Assembly: GCF_006345805.1 (NCBI RefSeq)
Contig: NC_043011.1
Coordinates: forward strand, 34,980,464 to 35,044,463
Source of the DNA: Octopus sinensis
Taxonomy: Eukaryota
DNA: 64,000 nucleotides
Direction of reading: 5' to 3'
Made by a program: the position numbers and the translations under genes. This document shows positions 61,281-64,000 of the stretch, piece by piece. The notes below the pieces were generated by a model. That model was given only the letters and a program-made list of their open reading frames with translations. It was not told the origin of the DNA and searched no databases. Positions within the stretch are counted from its first letter, which is position 1. Each line of letters begins with the position of its first letter.

Positions 61281-61991
61281 TAATCAGAATTTGCTGGTGT
61301 TTGTTAACTGCCCAGTCATCTTAGCTTAGTTGACTGAGTGCTGTTATGGTTTTGGCCATGAAATTGTTTCAAGTGCCTCTATCTTCAATTTTTAATCGTC
61401 TTCATTTTAAAGCTCTCTTTTCCATGCGTGTATAAGTCAGATGTAATTCAATTGAGGCAAATTTTCTACTGTTGGCTGCCCTTCCAGTTGCCAATCCATA
61501 CCTATTTTGAAGCAAGGCAATATCTCCCCATGACCAAATGCTTTTAATGAAAGATAGGAAATGGATACCACTTGTATGACGACACTGGTCAGCCCGTGCC
61601 TCAGGTAGAAGACACTTGCCAAAGATGTCAAACATTTGGGAAGCAAGCTTTGAAACCACTCGGCTATGTCTTATCTTCACTACAAAATTTGAGTGTTTCT
61701 TCCTTTCCTTAAAAATATGGTGGCTTAAATTTATTTTGTTCATATTTCACAAAAAGAGAGAATGAAATGAGCATCAGAGCATTAAGAATGGGAAATGAAG
61801 TAAAGTTATGCTTACTGGGCTCAGAACCGTGTCAGCTATATTGTGGCAGACTATGTTTGTATGTGATGTTAATGCTAAGAGTCTCTGAAATGTTCTTGAT
61901 AAGAGACATTTGTCAAAGATATGGACTTAAACATTGTGTCAGTTGTTAGTAGTTAGCAGTATACATATATCGTTTCTTTTCCTTTTGTTAG

Positions 61992-62123
61992 ATCACCTCG
62001 ACGCAAGAAGAGATCTAGGTCAAGATCTCGGGAGAGGCGGAGACGATCTCGTTCTCGAGATCGTGACCGAGACAGGGATCGAAGTGACAGAGAAAGAGAC
62101 AGAGATCGGCGCAAGCGTTCAAG
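61992..62123 (+). CDS. SCAF4/SCAF8: SCAF exon 10 (RS/RD domain): SPRRKKRSRSRSRERRRRSRSRDRDRDRDRSDRERDRDRRKRSR
   Basis: Acceptor ccttttgttag, donor AG|gtaatt; 132 nt, phase 2-2. Confidence 0.92.
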
Positions 62124-63073
62124 GTAATTGTTGTTGTTTTATCTTTTCTTTTTATTGGTTTCAGTTATTGGTCTGTATAGCCATGTTGACATACCAACTT
62201 CAGGACTGTTGATGACTATATCCAGTATGCTTGCCAACACAGTACATTTTCTACATCTGTGACTTCTATATCACTTCATTTGTGGTTTTTGTATCACTCT
62301 TTTCTTCTTGCTACTGGTTTTGATGGCATATGATGGAATGCACTCACCTACAAAAAAAGAAGAAAATGTCTCAAAAAAATTTCCCCAAGCCCTATATGCA
62401 AAGTTGGCCTCTCAAATAAGTTTGTCCCTGATGCTTGCTTTTTCCTGAATTGGACTGCATCTAGTATACCTCTGCATCTTTAATGTCATCAAATACAGTA
62501 AATTAATTTCTATACTATGATAGTTATTTGCTATTGGACACATTATTTCATGTTGCTCCAGTTCACTCAGCTGTAGAAATGAGTTGCGATGTCACAGGTG
62601 CCACTGGTGATGTGGAGAGGAGAGGCCGGTATACATGTGCGACTGCTGGTCTTCCATAAACAACCCTGCCCGGATTTGTGCCTGGGAGGGTAACTTTCTA
62701 GGTGCAATCCCAGGGTCAGTCATGACCGAAGGGGGTCTCAATATATTTGCTATTGAAATTAATAATAAATATTTTATTTTAGATTGTGAAGTTAGTTTTT
62801 TTGTAAAGACTTTCTCCTTTGTTTCATGATAGAAAGATTCCCAGCATTATTGAAACTCTGGTTATGGTTACAGAATTATATTAAAAGAAAAGTTTCATGG
62901 AACTGATTTGCCATTCATAACTTGGTACTGAATAGGAAATTAGATTTTGTATAACGAAATTTGATCATTAGGACAAAGCTTTCAAGAATGCAACTTTCCT
63001 GTAACACATAGGGGATTGCTGTGTTGAGAATTAGGCAGTAACTTGAGAGGATACATAAAAACATATGCATGTA

Positions 63074-63290
63074 TAAAGTGATTTCAAAAAGTTTCCAGAC
63101 TAGTTCTGTAGCAGGCCGACAGGTGGCAACACATGGTTTTTGTGCTCAGTGAGAGCTTGCAGTGACTTTTATGAGGCTGGTGTATTGTTGCACAAGGTGG
63201 CCATTTCGAAGGAGATGATATTAAAACTTACGTAAATAAGTTATTTTTTATTAGACATAAACTAGTTCAGGAACATTTGATATCACCCTG
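63074..63290 (+). mobile_element. Mariner-derived MITE with TA TSD
   Basis: TIRs TA|taaagtgatttcaaaaagtttccagactagt and actagttcaggaacatttgatatcaccctg|TA; internal CIVAQGGHFEGD resembles a mariner C-terminus. Confidence 0.75.
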
Positions 63291-63711
63291 TAAGGCTAAA
63301 TTTGATCTATTGGATGGATGTGAAGTATGAATTTGAGGAATATGTAAGCAAAAAAAAAAAAAAAAAAACCAAGGGAGATAACTGTGCTGGTGTGGATACT
63401 TAATGTAGGTGAGGAAATGCTTAGAGATGTTGTCTGACATGTTTACATAAGGTAGAAGGGGATAAAAGAAGACTATTAGATCTAATACATAAAATATAAT
63501 TTGATGGTAAACCATGGCATGTTACCTTGTGGCAGACTCAGCCTGACAGTAATGATGATAATAAAATGGAAAGTGTTCGTGTTTGTTACTTAGTGTAAAA
63601 ACTTACCAAAATTTATACTTTGCTTTTGTATAATACCTCATTGATTTTTTTTCAAAATTGAAGAAAGTACCAGTAATTTATTAGCATAACTCGCAATTTT
63701 TTGTTTTTCAG

Positions 63712-63803
63712 ATCACGGGAAAGAGAAAGGGAGCGCCAGCGAGAAAAAGAACGGGAACGCAGAAGAAAGGGGCTTCCATCCATTAAAGAGAGACACCTTA
63801 GTG
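63712..63803 (+). CDS. SCAF4/SCAF8: SCAF exon 11: SRERERERQREKERERRRKGLPSIKERHLSV (leads into the RRM)
   Basis: Acceptor ttgtttttcag, donor G|gtaagc; 92 nt, phase 2-1; KGLPxI..LSV is the pre-RRM motif of SCAF4/8. Confidence 0.93.
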
Positions 63804-64000
63804 GTAAGCATGGCATGGACCAACATTCTGTTTACATTTTGTCTTTATTTTATTCAGAAACTATCTTTATTTTTTAAATTTTCCTTCTACCTTTGCTTTT
63901 ACAATAAAAGAAGACAACACTTTGTTTAAATCTGATGCATTTCTGTTGTAGTGTGTACAAGAACTATATGGCTGGGTCATATAGCCAAAGTTACTTCTGA

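Larger units (their letters stand above)
34384..63803 (+). other. SCAF4/SCAF8: SCAF4/SCAF8-family gene (SR-related CTD-associated factor), partial: coding exons 2-11; first exon not found, 3' part (RRM onward) beyond the window
   Basis: Ten GT-AG exons splice into one open frame of 535 codons + 1 nt: CID (..KAIKFYKHVVQSVEKFIQKCKSEYKVPGLYVIDSIVRQSRHQFG..VLNLWQKN), Q/P-rich linker, RS/RE repeats, and ..KGLPSIKERHLSV, which precedes the RRM in this family. SCAF4 versus SCAF8 cannot be resolved; a single ancestral orthologue is expected in invertebrates. Confidence 0.95.

Noticed and set aside
48234-62212. ORFs 48234-48449, 59286-59540 and 61934-62212
   Set aside because: Alternative frames overlapping real SCAF exons.

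Overview
AT-rich, microsatellite-dense animal genomic DNA. The SINE, RTE-LINE and MITE families look like those of an octopus or other coleoid cephalopod (inference). The window is dominated by one + strand gene, the SCAF4/SCAF8 (RBM16-like) RNA-Pol II CTD-binding SR-related factor. Ten coding exons (34384-63803, 1606 nt spliced, all GT-AG, all phases compatible) encode the CTD-interacting domain (CID), a Q/P-rich linker, the RS/RE-rich region and the first residues before the RRM; the gene continues past the window end. The expected first coding exon (about 10 codons, MEAVxxFNxE-like) was not found, so bases 1-34383 are probably one intron of more than 34 kb. The introns are packed with tRNA-derived SINEs, RTE/CR1/Tx1 LINE relics, a Penelope-like fragment and mariner, piggyBac and hAT MITEs. 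Most notable observations: (i) a variant minimal hammerhead-ribozyme motif in the Penelope-like fragment (3619-3657, minus strand); (ii) an RTE LINE whose 3' UTR is built from a variable number of tandem ~65-70 nt modules with a shared predicted fold; (iii) several long inverted repeats that would make dsRNA in the pre-mRNA (candidate ADAR substrates); (iv) an intragenic promoter-like motif cluster at the edge of a CpG-rich zone; (v) predicted in-frame alternative splicing choices in the SCAF gene. All coordinates were read by eye; repeat boundaries are approximate unless a TSD or TIR is quoted.
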